A stretch of 64,000 nucleotides of DNA from Nymphaea colorata. Taxonomy: Eukaryota. A program made the position numbers and the translations under genes. Position 1 is the stretch's first letter. Each line of letters opens with the position of its first letter. This document shows positions 13,399-27,858 of the stretch, one piece after another. The stretch lies in assembly GCF_008831285.2 (NCBI RefSeq), contig NC_045138.2, positions 14,818,001 through 14,882,000 of the forward strand. Direction: 5' to 3'. Below the pieces are notes generated by a model. That model did not search any database. It worked only from the letters and a program-made list of their open reading frames with translations, and had not been told where the DNA came from.

Positions 13399-14643
13399 TC
13401 AGAAGGGCATTATGTGCGTCGCCTTACTCTCGTAGCGAGAGAGGCAGTTCTTGTAATCAGCACGGAACGTCTTCAGGAGATCTCCGGCCATCTGACGGAC
13501 GCCCGGCGAGCAATTACTCTGCATCAGCAACAAGATCTTCGCCGGCCCGTTGCTCTTCACCACCGCCTCCGCCGCCCTCCTATCCCGGAAAGCGTGGCAT
13601 ACGCTCCAAAGCACCACTACCCCACTCTCCGTCGCCGGCCCGCCGGCCTTCATCAGCTTCCCAACTATCGACGTCACGCACTCAGGCGACTCGCATATCG
13701 CCGCTCGCCCCTCGGCACACGTCGACGCGAGTTCCAGCACCTTCATTGCCTTATCCAAGGCTGCAGCGCCGGAATCCGGCCGCTGTAGGAACCTCACAAT
13801 TGCCGGAACCGTCCCCAGCCTCACAACCCGTGTCCGGGCGCGCCTCAAGGCGGCAATCGCCGCCATGCAGGACACCGCGGCCTCGACCTCGCGGGCGCCC
13901 GCCGGCGAATCGGCGGTGATCACCTTCACGAGGCCTGCCACGATGGGGTCGCTCGCCGAAATGGCGGAGCTCGACTCGGAGTTGGCGGTCGCAAGCGATT
14001 CGATCGCCCTCGCGCATTCCGCCACCGCTTCAGGGTCATTCCCCTCGGCGAGGACGGCCGCGAAGGATCGGACCGCCTCCGGGGTCGTGAGCATCTCCGC
14101 GGCCGCGCGGTCCGATCGGACGGCCAAGATGGGCCCCAGGGCCTTAACGGCTTCCTGCAACACCGCCATCCCCTTCTCCACCCGAAGAACGCCAGAAATC
14201 GCGTCAACACCTCCGGCCGTCGCCACCGCATCGCGACACTGCTCGCTGGACTGGACAATTTGCGCCACCCTCTTGACGGAGTCGATCGCACCGTCGCGGA
14301 CGCCGACAATGACCTTCGGGAGGTCATCCGGCGGCTGGACAGAATCGGCATGCTGTTTCCGGTGGTCCAAGGGGCCGTTCGGGTGTAGGTGCCGCTTGGT
14401 GGAAGCGGTCTCCGACCACATCTGGATGAGGCGGTGGAGGGTGTGGTTGGGGACGACCTCCTTGGTCTGGAGGACCTGCATGGTGGCAGGGCACGTATTG
14501 TTGCCGCTGTCAAGCCAACGCTGGATGCTCGACCGGTCGTAGGTAACGCCGGTGCAGAGGCTCACCGGCGACTTCATCACGTCCAGCGATATCGGGCACT
14601 TGAAGAAGCTGGGGACCGTGATGCATAGATCGTCCTTCCGCAT
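13399..14643 (-). CDS. U-box/ARM-repeat E3 ubiquitin ligase, PUB27/28/29 (CMPG-like) class; intronless, 414 aa
   Basis: First ATG at 14643 (the ORF track starts upstream at a TTG). N-terminal U-box VPSFFKCPISLDVMKSPVSLCTGVTYDRSSIQRWLDSGNNTCPATMQVL..VPNHTLHRLIQMW, ARM-like helical body, and the class-typical tail KILLLMQSNCSPGVRQMAGDLLK..THIMPF. Confidence 0.93.
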   Translation of the reverse strand: MRKDDLCITVPSFFKCPISLDVMKSPVSLCTGVTYDRSSIQRWLDSGNNTCPATMQVLQTKEVVPNHTLHRLIQMWSETASTKRHLHPNGPLDHRKQHADSVQPPDDLPKVIVGVRDGAIDSVKRVAQIVQSSEQCRDAVATAGGVDAISGVLRVEKGMAVLQEAVKALGPILAVRSDRAAAEMLTTPEAVRSFAAVLAEGNDPEAVAECARAIESLATANSESSSAISASDPIVAGLVKVITADSPAGAREVEAAVSCMAAIAALRRARTRVVRLGTVPAIVRFLQRPDSGAAALDKAMKVLELASTCAEGRAAICESPECVTSIVGKLMKAGGPATESGVVVLWSVCHAFRDRRAAEAVVKSNGPAKILLLMQSNCSPGVRQMAGDLLKTFRADYKNCLSRYESKATHIMPF

Positions 14644-14769
14644 CTCCTCAACTGGGGATTGAAGGCTAGGGAGCAAGAGTCTCAATGGAGAGAAATCTCG
14701 AACCGAGGGTTGGGAAAGGGGAGGGGAAGGGAGGGGTTGATTTTGAAGGGGAGGTCGGGGGTAAGAAGG

Positions 14770-15030
14770 AGATGGTCAAAGGAGATGGGGACAAGCGGAA
14801 AGACGAATGACGTTATCTGCCCTACTGACTTTCTCCGGTAGCGCTTCTGTCTTTTACTTTAATAGGAGGGCGAGAAGGGAAGAGGCGAAGACCGCTAGGA
14901 GTGGTTTAATTAATTGGTTGTTTGGTCTTCGTGGTCAAAGAGGCGGTACAGTGCGCGCGTGTGGGTTTTGTGGGTGATGAGCACGGGATGGTGGTGGGGA
15001 GGTGGGGAAGGAAAAGCGTGCGCGCGTGCG
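14770..15030 (-). promoter_or_regulatory. Proximal promoter of the U-box gene with stress-type motifs
   Basis: W-box GGTCAA at 14774 and 14933, TGACGT at 14808, CGCGTG (CAMTA-type) at 14956 and 15023, and TATTAAA on the minus strand near 14858-14864. Motif matches only. Confidence 0.4.
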
Positions 15031-18000
15031 TCTCTCAGGTGCTCGCTCGTTCTGGTTCTTCTTGGACATCCTCGTCGTCTCCTCTACGTCTCATCTTTCC
15101 CCAGTCTGGTGAAATTCCTTCCATTGCTGGACAGGTAGAGTCCCACTATGCTAAAGGGAAGGAATGCAGCTCGATTTGGAGTTTACTTTCTCAACTTGCC
15201 AGTGGGGTATAATGCATTGCCGTAGTGGCGGCCTTTCACAGTAAGCTTTTCAAACATGGTAAAATATTTGTTGCTTCTCTGATGCTTAATATAGCTTCAA
15301 TATGTTGCTTTGCTGTGAATTAATGTGATTTCAGTTTTTGTGTTTTAATTTAATTGTCGTTCGGTAGTAGAGAATAGCGGACTCAGGAGATGTTCTGATA
15401 TGTAAACTTTGTACATTGCAGTAAAAAACAGCTAGATGGTACTTTGTGTTGTAGATAAGGATTGCATGAACGGTGAACTTATGTTCCGTATGGAGTAAGG
15501 AAAGGCGGTTCTCATTTCTCAGGTTAATGGTTAATAGCTAAAGTTACTTTTGCTTCCTACCATCATCATTCTGTTGTTCAAAGCAGTGACACAAATATTA
15601 CCGCTTCTTTTTCTGCGAACTTTTGGTAGGCATGGGAAACGATAAAATCACGGAATAATAGAAAAATAATAAGCTCGAACAAGGAACGTTCGTTCTCGGC
15701 CAATATTTAAAGTTGCTTTTGCACTCAAATCATTCTGTTTCTCAAATCAGTGGCATAAACACTGGCAATGTTCTTTCAGGTCATCTTGTTGTGCGAAATA
15801 AAATCATGGTGTACATAAAAATTAAAATATCGCCTTTGTTATCAGCATCTTTGGAACTTGTATTCAATTTGAACTGGTCTTCTTTATTCTTTACATATTT
15901 CATATTTTTACTTTCCTAATATGAGGTTATACTCCACATGTTTCCACTGCGACGAGCTTCAGGTCATGGAAGGCGATAGATTTAGGTCTTGAATCACTAA
16001 ATACAGTTGGAATCTGGTTGGAATAGGGTGAGATACAGCCAACAATGTGAAAACTCTCATTACCAGGTATGATCCATCTGCATGAGCTTTTTTATATACT
16101 ATGTGGCTTCAATTGTCAAAAACTTTATAATGAAAAGTAGGTTTATGATTCAGTGTGATTACCACAGACCAAAAAATCCTGATAAAGTGGATGCATTTTC
16201 TTGGCTTCTATGCCATATAGGATTTCTTAGTCATATATAACAAGACCTGTTTCACACAAGCCAAAGTTGCCTCTTCTTTTTCCTCCTTTTTTTCTCATTT
16301 TGTTTTCAATAGAATAAGAACAGTCAGCCTCCACTAATGACTGCTTTAGCTGTTAGTAGCGCACTAATCAAATACTTAAAATGTTTTATAACTTTTATTC
16401 ATATGCATCAATGATTTAAGCATCCGCAGGAATACTTTTTTAGTAGAACCGCATCCTATGCTTCTTCCTTCCTACGTTCACTACTTTGTCATTAATTTTA
16501 TTTTGTTTTTTTATGCGTCAAAATATTTTGGCACCTAATTGCTGGTTCGGTTACGGGTCACTATTGGACAGATCATATTAATATCAAATTTTGGGTACAA
16601 CAAGTGGTTGAAAGCTTTCCTTTGACCCAGACGATTCCAAATACAGATACAAATAAATGACTTCATACAGAACTATTTACTGGGCCCACTTGGTCCTTTG
16701 ATTACTTAACCTAATGGGGAACACGTCTTTGTGACTTGTGAGTGATTGAGCATTGGCATTTGCTAGATGAAACCAAATTTTTATAGCCTTCACTTTTTAA
16801 GCTCTTTCCACGACGAATAAAAATTCGTGGAGAATAAGCACATAAATAAAAAGGAAGAGTCAATTTTTACTATATTTGAAAAAGTGCGACTTATATTTTG
16901 GATTTTTTGAGGCAGCTCCTACCATGGCGGGAGAAGGTTATTTGTTAGGCGATGATGGAGTGCCTTACAGGGACCAATCCGTCATGGGGTCAAACAAACA
17001 TTTAGAAAAAATGTTAATCTGCAAAATTTATTTATTCAAAACTTGGGAGGGGGAATGGCCCCTTTTAGTCCCCTTCTCTTCGCCTCTTTGTAACACACAA
17101 GTCGTCTCCGTCTTGGGGGATGATTATTATGTAGGTGCTACCTTTACCTACTACTCATTGACTCAGGCCAAAAATCTCGTGAAATTATACGACACAATAG
17201 TATCTTTTCTTGTGAGAGTAGATGTCTGTTTCCAAACAAGGTCGACAACACCTTCATTTTAGAGTCTCCAGAATGATAAAATTTAACTCGAGATCCTATT
17301 TATCAGTAAAATTTAAGCCCATAATGTGAATTTGATAGCTTTGGGACATCCTTCTGCAATTAGAGTCAATGCTGGGCTGGGCTTGTTGCTTGCTTGACAC
17401 TGAAATGGACAGATGAAGAAAAAACTGACCTTTTGATTTTTTTTTTTTTTATTTAGGGATTACCCTTTGCTTATAATTTTAGAAAAATAAACTGTCTTTC
17501 ATATTTTCTTAGTAACAGTGATATTCATGCTATCAAATAAGGGTTTGTCAAATAAAAACCATCAAAAGAGAGTTGAAAACCGCTGTGAGGTTTAAAAGCA
17601 ATGCCGCACACTATTCAACCTTGAGATTTATTAGGATCGACATTAGATGTTTACAACCTTTTTCTGTAAACAAGGTTTCCGTTTCATTCTTTTAACAAAA
17701 CTTATTTTCAATGAAAAACTTTGGAATTTTATTTTCGTAGTTCTATTGAGATAGATTATTTGATTAGGTAAATCGAGGGAGAATCTTTTACTCCTTGCAG
17801 TTATTTGCTAGAACGCCTTTTATTTGTCATCCGTACGGCTGCGGCCTAACTTTTAAGCTGCTACACAATCAACATCCACATTTCTGGTTTTCAGGAAATG
17901 CCTTGACCTTTTGTCTCGTGGAAGCGAAGTGACAACGATGAACATATTGTTGGTTTTCTTGCCAAAAGCTAAACAAGGTTTAGACAAGATTAAGACGGGT

Positions 18001-21000
18001 AATTGAAATTCAGGCCCTCATTTTAATGAAATGCACCTTGATCACACAAGTGCCTCAATGTATTTTCTAAGAAAGTGACTGCTTGTCTATAGATAGCTGA
18101 AAATAAAGGTCCTTCCATAAATTAGTTCACCTTATTTCAGCTGTTTGCTTCATTTCATATTTTCACTGGAATATAGCTTTCTGTGCAAATTTATATCGAT
18201 AGCTGACCTTGGCCTTCCTGCTACCACTTACATCTATTGCATATTAAATGGTTATCTTATACAAGTACCAGGCATATTTAGTGTGTCAGCAGCGTAGGAC
18301 CCTCGTTTGACTCTTGACCTAAGTTTTTAATGGCAGATGGAGTTCTTACGTCTCTTTTTTGGATCACCAAAAAAGGCAGCAATTTTCTGTATATTTGGGC
18401 TTTTTTTAAAAAAAAAAAATGCATTGCTATCTTATCTTGTATGCAGTTCATGGAAGTAAGCCTGCTTACGTTGCAATCGATAAATTTATCCTTATTATTA
18501 TGACTTTTGCACCATCGAAGATATCCATCGACTTTTACTTAAACCGTTCTTTGTAGCTTACCAAGGTTACGTTTTCAGTCAAATGAGTGACTTGTGTTAC
18601 TTGAGGGTACCTGCATTCCCTCTCTAGAACCAAAAAGAAATTTAACAACAAGGACCTCTTTGGAACGAGAATAAGGGTCTCATAGCTTAACAAAACCATT
18701 ATTTTGCTCCAGAGTAAGTTCTTGGCAGACCAAGTCATCCAAAAAGGCTTCACTATTTGGATGCTAAAACATTGAGTTTTATTTAAAAATAAGAAAAATA
18801 ATTAAAAAAACACTGAACGAATTATAAGCTACCTATCAACCAGAAAATGGTCGATCTCAGATTGCCTGCTTTGGCCTCCCCAGCAGGTGGGTGGTTAAGA
18901 AATGACCTCATTCCTAGTCCAGTAACCAACCCAGGTTGGGTTAAATTAGCTATTCCACAGGCAGCTGGTAAACTGCTCGCCCTGCTGTCCAGCCTTAAAC
19001 AGAAGACCGTAAGGCTGTCTTCATTATTAGTAGTTATTATTTTCCATCACGACTTAAATGTTGCCCTCATACTTTTTCATACTTTCTATGAATGTAAAAT
19101 TGGTTTCGTCTTTGATGGGTAGGTGTAGACAAATCGAGAACATGGGAACCCATGTGCCAATGAGGGTAAAAAAAAGGTGTGGTAGGAAAACAACATTTCA
19201 CTGGCCGCAGTGACCACTTTCAATGGCTTACTTGGCAAAGGACATTGCTGTAATGAGGATAGTGACATCAACGAGACCTAGAAGCCCTATAGGGATCCCC
19301 AGAGGTTTTGAATTTTGGAGAGTCCTCCAACATGATGTATTTAAAATGTCTTTTTCTCCTCTTTGCTATCTTTCCGGTTTCCATGTCTGTTTTCTCGCAC
19401 AAACCAAGTACACCGGGTGGTTTCACCGACAGTAATTAAAACTTGAAGCTATTTATTACCTCAACAGAATAATGTAACGCATCATGATCTCCTGTTTCAT
19501 GCATGAGGACTTCATTTCATGGAGGGCAGCATTATTATATCCATGAACGAATACTCTATCCTAGGAAAGGATACAGTTCATCTGAAAACATTGAGAATCA
19601 GATTTAGAACAGATTTGCTATAGGAAAACACCATTGGATGGCCTCCCACTTGAGCCAATCAATATATTGTGATGAATTTGGATAGTTTGCCTTTGTCGAC
19701 TTCCTCCCTTCAGTGGAATCAGTCAAGGGAACTATAGAACTGTAACAGACCCCGTGAGAGAAAGAAAAGAGTGCTAGGTGTCTGTTCCCTTCACGGCGTG
19801 CGTTAACCGAGCATCTATTATATCATTGAACTCCTTACAGTAAGTTAAGCAATAAAATTTTTATTCTTTTTCTCGTCTACCTACTTTTTCTCTATGTGGA
19901 CAACAAAACCTCTCTCTTTCTACGCCAAGAAGACGAGTCATCCAAGGTAATGAACTGGAACTTGGTTACTGTACTAGAGAGCACATGCACCAACAATTTT
20001 TTAGCGTGGCAGGAGACATGAAATAATTTTGAGTAGGTAAAAGTTATAGTGGTAGTTAGTCATTTATGCTTACTTTACTGTAAGAGCAGAAAGGAACCTG
20101 GTATTGTCATTAACAAATTTTCAATGTAGATGCTACGAATATCTGCTTATGGGCAGTCCGGCATAAGCCAACTATGCCGTTTCCTGGAAACCCTTTGAAA
20201 GGCCGGATGGTTCTCAAAAGACGCTAAATTTGAGATCCCGGCGCCTAATCCGTGTTATGAGGCGTGTGCTCCATCAAGTATCAATTTGGCACAGATGGAG
20301 ACTTGCAGTCCTCACACCCTCCGAATCTGTTTCAAGATCTCCCAGTTAATTTCTATATTTTGTCATTTGTCTGTACGTGGAATATGTATTCAATCGCCAT
20401 GGATTCTAGCTACCCAAGTCAACAGTTAGAACGATATTTTATGCTGACCAGTTCTGGCGTTGTCCTCGAATTTTTCAGGAAGTCTAGTCTAGTTGCCACC
20501 GAAGTGCTGTGAGACCCTACACCGCATGGCTATAATGATTCTTAACAAGTAATTTTGTACATAAACTCCTTTTAGTGTGGAATATTTCCAACTAATGCCG
20601 TATTATGTATGACATATAATTTGTGTATCTTTTTATGTAACTGCAAAAACCAGCCCTTGTCTTTGCTTCTTATTTAGGTAGCTCTTAAAAGAGTTGTAAT
20701 CAGTTCAATCAAAATTGGGCTCGATGCACTCCCCAACTTTCTAAATTTCGTGTGGATTTCGTTTGTTCAATTAAAAGGCATATAAATTTCGAAAATGATT
20801 TTCATGTGATTGTATTTGGCTAGCTTCTGGAACTATAATATTAAAAAGTGATTCGATTCAGAAATTGAATTTAACAGCATTGCTGGTAAGTACTAAGTAC
20901 TATAAATGAATGAATGTGTGTGAGTGTGTGTGTTTGTTCAAAAGAGGCCGAGGCCTCCTCTCCCCTTCCCCATGATTCCTGGGTCCAGGCTGTATGGGTG

Positions 21001-21103
21001 CATAGGGACCTTCAACTTGATGACACACTTTACCTTCATAAGGCACTTAGTGCAATGAATGGACGTGTTTACTTAGCGTACTCAAGTGAGGATTACTCAT
21101 TCT

Positions 21104-21104
<1 letters not shown>

Positions 21105-21170
<66 letters not shown>
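21105..21170. repeat. Compound (TG)n(AG)n microsatellite
   Basis: Directly visible. Confidence 0.95.
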
Positions 21171-21172
<2 letters not shown>

Positions 21173-22654
21173 ACTGGCTAAAGAACAAGGACCGCAGTTT
21201 ACGGGCTACGAGGAAAAAAATGAAACCTATTCTGGCAGGTTTGCTGCTGCTGTTTTCTTCTGGTTCGCTTGCGACAAAGAAGAGAAGGATTCATTGTCAT
21301 GAGTTTGTATTTCATATAATTTACCACGCACAATGTAATGTTGTTAACGAAAGGTTGGAATCTGAAGGGTGAACAAAGTCTTCTAAAGAAAACTGCATTG
21401 TTTAAATTTTTTTATAAGTAAATCTAAAGATGGAGTTTGGCAGAAGATCTAATTTAATCTATGGCAAAGATTTGTTGGCATCTTTTAGTGTCCTAACTTG
21501 AAGGAAAAGAGTTTGACCTCGCTATAAACAATAAGATCATATGAATCTCCATCAACATCACATATTGCTTGAAATTTGAACCTAACGCTATTGCAAAAGA
21601 TACACCAAACGATTGAATCAATCAGCTTTTCATTATATTTTACGCAAAATCAATATCCTTAATTAAGTGTAACGAAATAAGTAAAACTAAAATATTTCAT
21701 TAGAATTAAAACATACGTATACTAAAAAATCCTACCCTAAAGACTTCCTCAATTAAATAACTTTCTCTCTCTCTCTCTCTCTCTACATCACACTGCAAGG
21801 CCTTAGTCAGGCAGAGTTGGACCCACTGGCACTGTGTAGGTCGGATCCAGACTGGGCCCTATGGGGACCGCTGTCATCCGTTTGCGACCGGCACAGTCGT
21901 GGTTCGTACCCGGACCACCTTTTCCTTTTTTTAGTCACTATCGTTAGATTTATATGTTGAATTCACAGGCAATGGACGCTGAGATCCGAAGACCAGCTTC
22001 CGTCTCAACAACCCTTCTGTTTGTTTGTTGCAGGCGCATTCAAGTCTAGATACTTAAGAACTAGCAAGGCACGGAATCTGCTTACGTTTATGGACTAATG
22101 AAAGCCCATTTGGGACCAACTGTTCTTGGATCAGGTGAGGTGAGTCATATACAGCTTAGACTGAACAATCCTGCAACCAATTTTTTTTTTTTTTTTTTGA
22201 AAATTTTAACAGGAGCCAAGCTTTATTTTTTCAAAAGTTTTAGAGGGACTAAAAATAAAAATTTTAAAAATAAAAGGTAAGTTTAATTTTTCAAAAACTT
22301 GAGGAGGGGGCCTTCTTCCCTCCGCCCCTGGACCAGGACCACATCTGGACCCAACACAGCTGCAACTTAACAAATTTAAGGGATCACACGCTAGAAACTC
22401 ACAAGAACTGAGGGACTGGTTTATTTGAATATATATTCAAAAAGATGAAACTCTCTCCCTCTCTTTTTTTTTTTTTTCAAAAGATTAAACTCAACGCATA
22501 AAAAAGGTGAGAAGATTTCAGCAAGTGGGTTGTTATTTAGGCTAAATATTAGTACTTGTTGGCATTCATTTTCCCCTTGCCCTTATCGGCCTTCATTTTT
22601 TTCCGACATCTTTCTTTACACAGAGTGCATCTAAGTTATTTTGTTGGCTGAGTC

Positions 22655-22929
22655 TCGAAATTTGTCTGTGAGGCACTAAATATATAAGTAACAAATTTCG
22701 AAATTTTTGTCTATGAGACACTAAATATATAAGTAACAAATTTGCAATTGGAGTTGAGATAGTAACCTGGCTCTTGTGAGGCTGATCTATATAATTAGAC
22801 CCAAATTTAACTAGTTCCAATCATTAAAAACAAGTTTTAGAATAAGGTCTGTGCTGATTTATATAATAGACCCAAAACTACCTAGTTCCAATCATTAAAA
22901 ACAAGTTTTACAATGGCGTCTGTGAGGCC
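22655..22929. repeat. Two adjacent tandem duplications (~44-bp unit x2; ~70-bp unit x2)
   Basis: CGAAATTT..CACTAAATATATAAGTAACAAATTT occurs twice (22655-22743). GCTGAT.TATATAAT.AGACCCAAA..CTAGTTCCAATCATTAAAAACAAGTTTTA occurs twice (22776-22929). Confidence 0.8.
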
Positions 22930-25900
22930 TACGTCTCACACAGCCCACACTTACCACTCCCCCTAATTAATCCATATTAGATTTTTATTGGTGGCCATAT
23001 TTATCATACCATGCTTATGAAAATTGTCTGCATCTCCACGTATGATACATTTTTGTTGAAGAAGCTACAATATTTTGTTGACATGTTCATATTTTTCCCC
23101 ATTATTTTTTGTTGTCATTTTGTTGACATGTAAAAGAGAAAAATGAAACATGCTTTATATTAAATTGGGCAAAACGAACTTGTGACAATAATATGCTTCC
23201 TCAATCAAACACATGACCAAGTGTGTTAATTAGAAGATGGGCACCAGCATCGCTGAGCATAGAGCACAACTAATTTGATGTGCTACTCTTCTGAGCTACA
23301 AACAGTGGATGAGTCGTACTCTAGTTGACAGGTGTCAGACTACTTGCAGCTCTGGGCCCCGATAATAAAGCAAAAAAAAAAGCAGTTTTAACCTGATTTG
23401 AACTAACGACTGGCCGCCTTTCCAGCCGCTGATCCAACCAGCAGTGCCATACCAATGGCAAAGAAGGAGACTCAGTCGTCCTCCCACACATCACATTTCC
23501 TACCTGCCCAACGGTCGTCGCCCTCTCTCTCTCGAAAGCATCGTTGTACACTCAAAATGTAACGCGTTCTGGCCGTCTCATGAGCAAGAGAAACTGTATA
23601 TATGCGATATCTGTATTAGAAAAATCTTGGGGATGAGCATGAGAAGAGGAACATATGATCAACTGAAAGTGTTTAGACTCCTGAGTGTTCAAATATAAGA
23701 TCTGCATGTTGGAAAACGCATCTGGTTTATGTTGATTCCATGATTTTTAACATGAAGACCATATTTGCAGACAAGCTTATTCATGGATGAGACATTCAGT
23801 TTCATTGCATTTTAGCCGAGTATACATGAGAATTTGAGATGTATTTATGTATGATTTCCTTCAAGTCCGTGTTTTTTTTTTAATCGTCACAAATATTTCT
23901 GAGTAAGCCAAAGAAAGTCGAAGTCCCCACTCAACCCCTCTTCAGAATTGTTTGCAAGTTTCAATCAAATCAAACAACCAACCTTGAGATTTTTTTTTTT
24001 TATAAATTTTAATGCTTGAATTATTGAATCATCGTGGAGGAAGGGGTTTAAAATGTAGTGACTTAGTCGCCCTCTTTGATTATTAGACCACAAAGCACGC
24101 GCCCAAGAAATCAAACACCCAACGTTGAAATTGAAACCACGTACATCGTTTTCATTAATAAAGTTGAACCTGTTTTCGAAGAAAGTTACTCAGAAGAAAG
24201 TTACTCAAAATCTCGCCAAGACCTTACCAATTAAAGGTTGATTCATCGACTCCTGATGAATTTTATTCACATCGTCTGATTTGAGAGACAATGGATCCGA
24301 TCATTTGTCGTGGATATCTTTTGTACATTGGTTCAAACCTAAAGTTTGATTCAGGGTCCACATTCTTCCAGATCTGCATGGAAAAACAGATATAATCTAC
24401 GATCACGTTAAGCATCATGAAGAGTATAGAGGTTTGGATCATCAGACAGGTTATTATAAAGATAAACGGATCCCCTTCCATTATATTAGTGTTTTCAAAG
24501 TTGTGATGAATCGGTCAAGTAGAATATATCGGAGAAAATTTATTCTGGCTCCCCAGCTAACAACGGATCACAAAATGTACATTTTTATTTTGTTAAAATG
24601 TTTTAAAAGTTTTCATATTCTTAGTGATTCCATATATTGCCTCACCTACTTCTAAAAAAGAATTCGCCAATTCACAACCGATTCAGCAGCCGGGCCAATT
24701 GGAGACTGTTGGATCCAATCTGGTATTGAACATGAATCCTGCACCATATTAGTAGGATTATTGATCGACATCACGTCATTATAATAATGAAGAAAAATAA
24801 CCCCAAAATGAAATGTCAGAGGAAAAAATATGATTGAGAATCTTTCGGTAAAAAAGAAGACGGATTAGTTAAATAAATAATAGAGTTGATTTTGGATGTT
24901 AGGTCGTACGCTTATGTGTGTGCAGCGTCTTTGCAATTAAGATAAGAGGTTTGTGAATAGTTCTTGGATGTATGAAAGCAACGTTGTTTTTTGATGGCAA
25001 ATTTTTAATTGCAGGCGACGATGGAAGGGATCAGAATATCTGTCCTCGACAATGTTCTTCAATCTCCCAACTTACTTCAAGTTCGGTATTATTCTTCTTT
25101 GTTTCTTGGCAGCTTTGGTTTTTCCAAAAAACCTGGATAATCTAAATACACTGAAAACCGGATATCCCCAACTTTTTCCGATTCGGATAATCAGATTCCA
25201 CTTGGTAAAGATTGTGGATGTTGATGAGAGAGCCCAGCTCTAATTGATTATTGAATTTTAATTTGATAAATTTTCTTACTGAATCCGGCATGTTATTGGC
25301 CCTTTCTCTCTCACATGTATAAATTCATATATATGTTGATAGGGTACATAGAGTGATTGGTAGATACCAGACTATTTGGGTAAGGAACAAAAACGAGACC
25401 TCTTAAATTTTTACTAAAAAGTATTTTAAACAAAGTGTTAACCTCCTAAAATGTTTATAAAAAACAATTTAATAAAAATCATGTTTCAATTCAAATTATT
25501 TTTCGTAAAAAATTAATCTTCCACTATCATAATTTTGATGTTATAAGATCTATTAATTTTTCATTTATTAAGAATGTATTATTGAAGTAAAAAAATGTCT
25601 GCTTTAGTGTATATTTCTCAGGAAATTATTGCATATCTATAAGGTTAGATTACAAAAATATTTTAATAAATAATTGTAATAAACGTAGCTCTTATCTTGG
25701 AAATATATATATATATATATATAACATCTTGATATTGCCGGAATGGCTAAAAAATCATTGCTTAAAACGTCATAAATCATTAATGAAAACATACAATCTA
25801 GCTTTAAGTAATATCTGATTCGGTGAACTCAGTATTACGTTCACAAGGATCTGAATCTGATTCGTTGCATCCCGACTAAAGGTTTTTGTTGCCATCTCTT

Positions 25901-27670
25901 CGGTAGAATTAACTAAATGGGCCTGGGAAGTAACAATTCCAGTTGAATAAAAAACATGTACTTGTGAGGTTGGTGTTCTTCGGGGACGGGAAATAAGTAC
26001 AAGAGATTGATTCCAGAAAGGAATATATGCACATCAAAAATTCAAATCCACGATTTTGTGGTTCTCGGAAAAAGAGATGAAAAGAAGATATTCATTTGAA
26101 GGCACTTCTTTCTATGTTTCAAGAAAACGTACTGCATTTTGCTGATTTCCTCATCCAGACTTATTTTCTTTTAAAATTGTCGAAAGGAGAACTCTGTTTG
26201 ACCTGTGATATCCCTCCCGATCACATCTAAATGTTCTAATATAACGTTATTTTCTCTTTTCTAACTGCATCATGTTCATTCTTTTTAAAAGTATAATTTT
26301 TTTTTTCTTTTTTTTTGTTTTTGTATTTAGAAAACTTCTTGTCTTTAAATTTTGTTATGCATTCTCATTTTAGCGTTACTTTCTTTAGTTTTTCTTTATA
26401 TGAAGCTTAAGCATAGATTAATTTGCATTAAAATTAGCATTTGTGTCCTATAAAGCCTGTGCAAGGCTGGTATAAAGCTACTCACTGATTGGATTTCTAT
26501 GGGTATCAACTTTCTATGTTAATTATTCATGCAAGCTCATGAATCATACTATATTTACACATTGATGCTTGGTTATTTTTTTTATATGTGGGTGCCTTTA
26601 AGATTTAACAAGTTGCAACTTATCAAAAAATTTCTAGAGCCACTACTTGTCATAACTTAGAATGTTAAATCTATGGGTTTGATGTAGCATAATTTTGTGG
26701 GAAAATATCGCTCTTGAGATTTTCATTTGGCACTTAAAAAATTTCTGATTTAGGATTGAAGCAGGAAGGGTCGATCTTAATTCCGTAGGTTTCATCATTG
26801 AGAGAATCTAAGGTCATGTCAATCAGAGGCTCTCTTAATTTGTAATCGGATCGATGGAAGTGCCCCTTTCTGTAATTTGGAGAAGTTGGTAACGAGCATA
26901 AAAATTTCTCAAAGGTTCTTTGAAGTTGACATTAGAGAGATTCAGGATCCAAGATGAACACTTCAACCAATGACTTGTCCACTTTCTAAGATGCCTTTTG
27001 CTCTACTCTACGGAATTTCTATTGTTTTTTTTATCTCACAAGAACAAATTTTGACAAGTTGGCCAATTAGAGGGAGACACCATCACGGATCCTCAAATCA
27101 AAACGAATGGCTTGACCTTCACATGCAACCCTTCAAGTAAACAACTACCCATGAAATTCATGCACTGCCATCCTTTCATAGGAAGTAGTTTTCTTATCTT
27201 GGACTTTTGGATGGCAATTCCAACTTTCGAATCCAATTTCTAAGTTTATGTCTGAATCTTAAGCCGAATTTGACTGATTTTCAAAATATAATATGTGATA
27301 ATTATTTAAACTAAATCGGTTTTGAATTTGAAAACAATCATATTTTATTTGTATCTAAATCTAAATCCGATTGCATTTCAGTTTTCATTATGAATCAACT
27401 TCTCTTTCATATCTGTTTTTTTTCTTTCACGAATTGGTTGGACATCTGATCCAAGTTGAATACATTGACATTCTTGTAGAGGCATCATGAATATTTTTTC
27501 ATGGAAAAACCATTATATAATTTTCAAAATTTTACTAAAGCCAAATCAGAATTTTTAGAATTTGTGCTGATAATTTTTAAAATTTTCAAAAATTTATGGG
27601 GGCCAAGGCTTTGATAATGAAGTGGTTTGTGGAAGACGATAGCTTCATTTTACCAATTCTTTCTTCAAAT

Positions 27671-27858
27671 CAGGGGTGAAACTAGAAATTATTTGTGAAT
27701 GGGCACTTATTCAAAAAGTCTTAAACATAATAAGATGATTAATATATGAATAAATTAATTGTCAGGAACGATCAATATGAAAATAACTAAAATTTGTGTG
27801 ACTGTATGGGCTAATGCCCACACATGGGCATGTCACGCCCACAGGTGGCTACGCCCCG
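27671..27858. mobile_element. hAT-type MITE related to 11096-11273 (opposite orientation), degenerate
   Basis: Starts CAGGGGTGAAACTAG and ends GGTGGCTACGCCCCG, which resembles the reverse complement of CAGTGGCGTAGCCAC. The flanking 8-mers match only partly. Confidence 0.5.

Noticed and set aside
13550..14542. 330-aa plus-strand ORF and other ORFs overlapping the U-box gene
   Set aside because: Antisense or alternate-frame shadows of a GC-rich CDS; low-complexity Ala/Ser/Arg content with no motifs.
19741..19970. Possible solo LTR (TGTAAC...GTTACT)
   Set aside because: The 3' end is not CA, there is no TSD, and no PBS or PPT is adjacent.
22655..22929. Short direct repeats superficially like a CRISPR array
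   Set aside because: Eukaryotic context, only two copies per unit, no unique spacers and no cas genes; these are simple tandem duplications.
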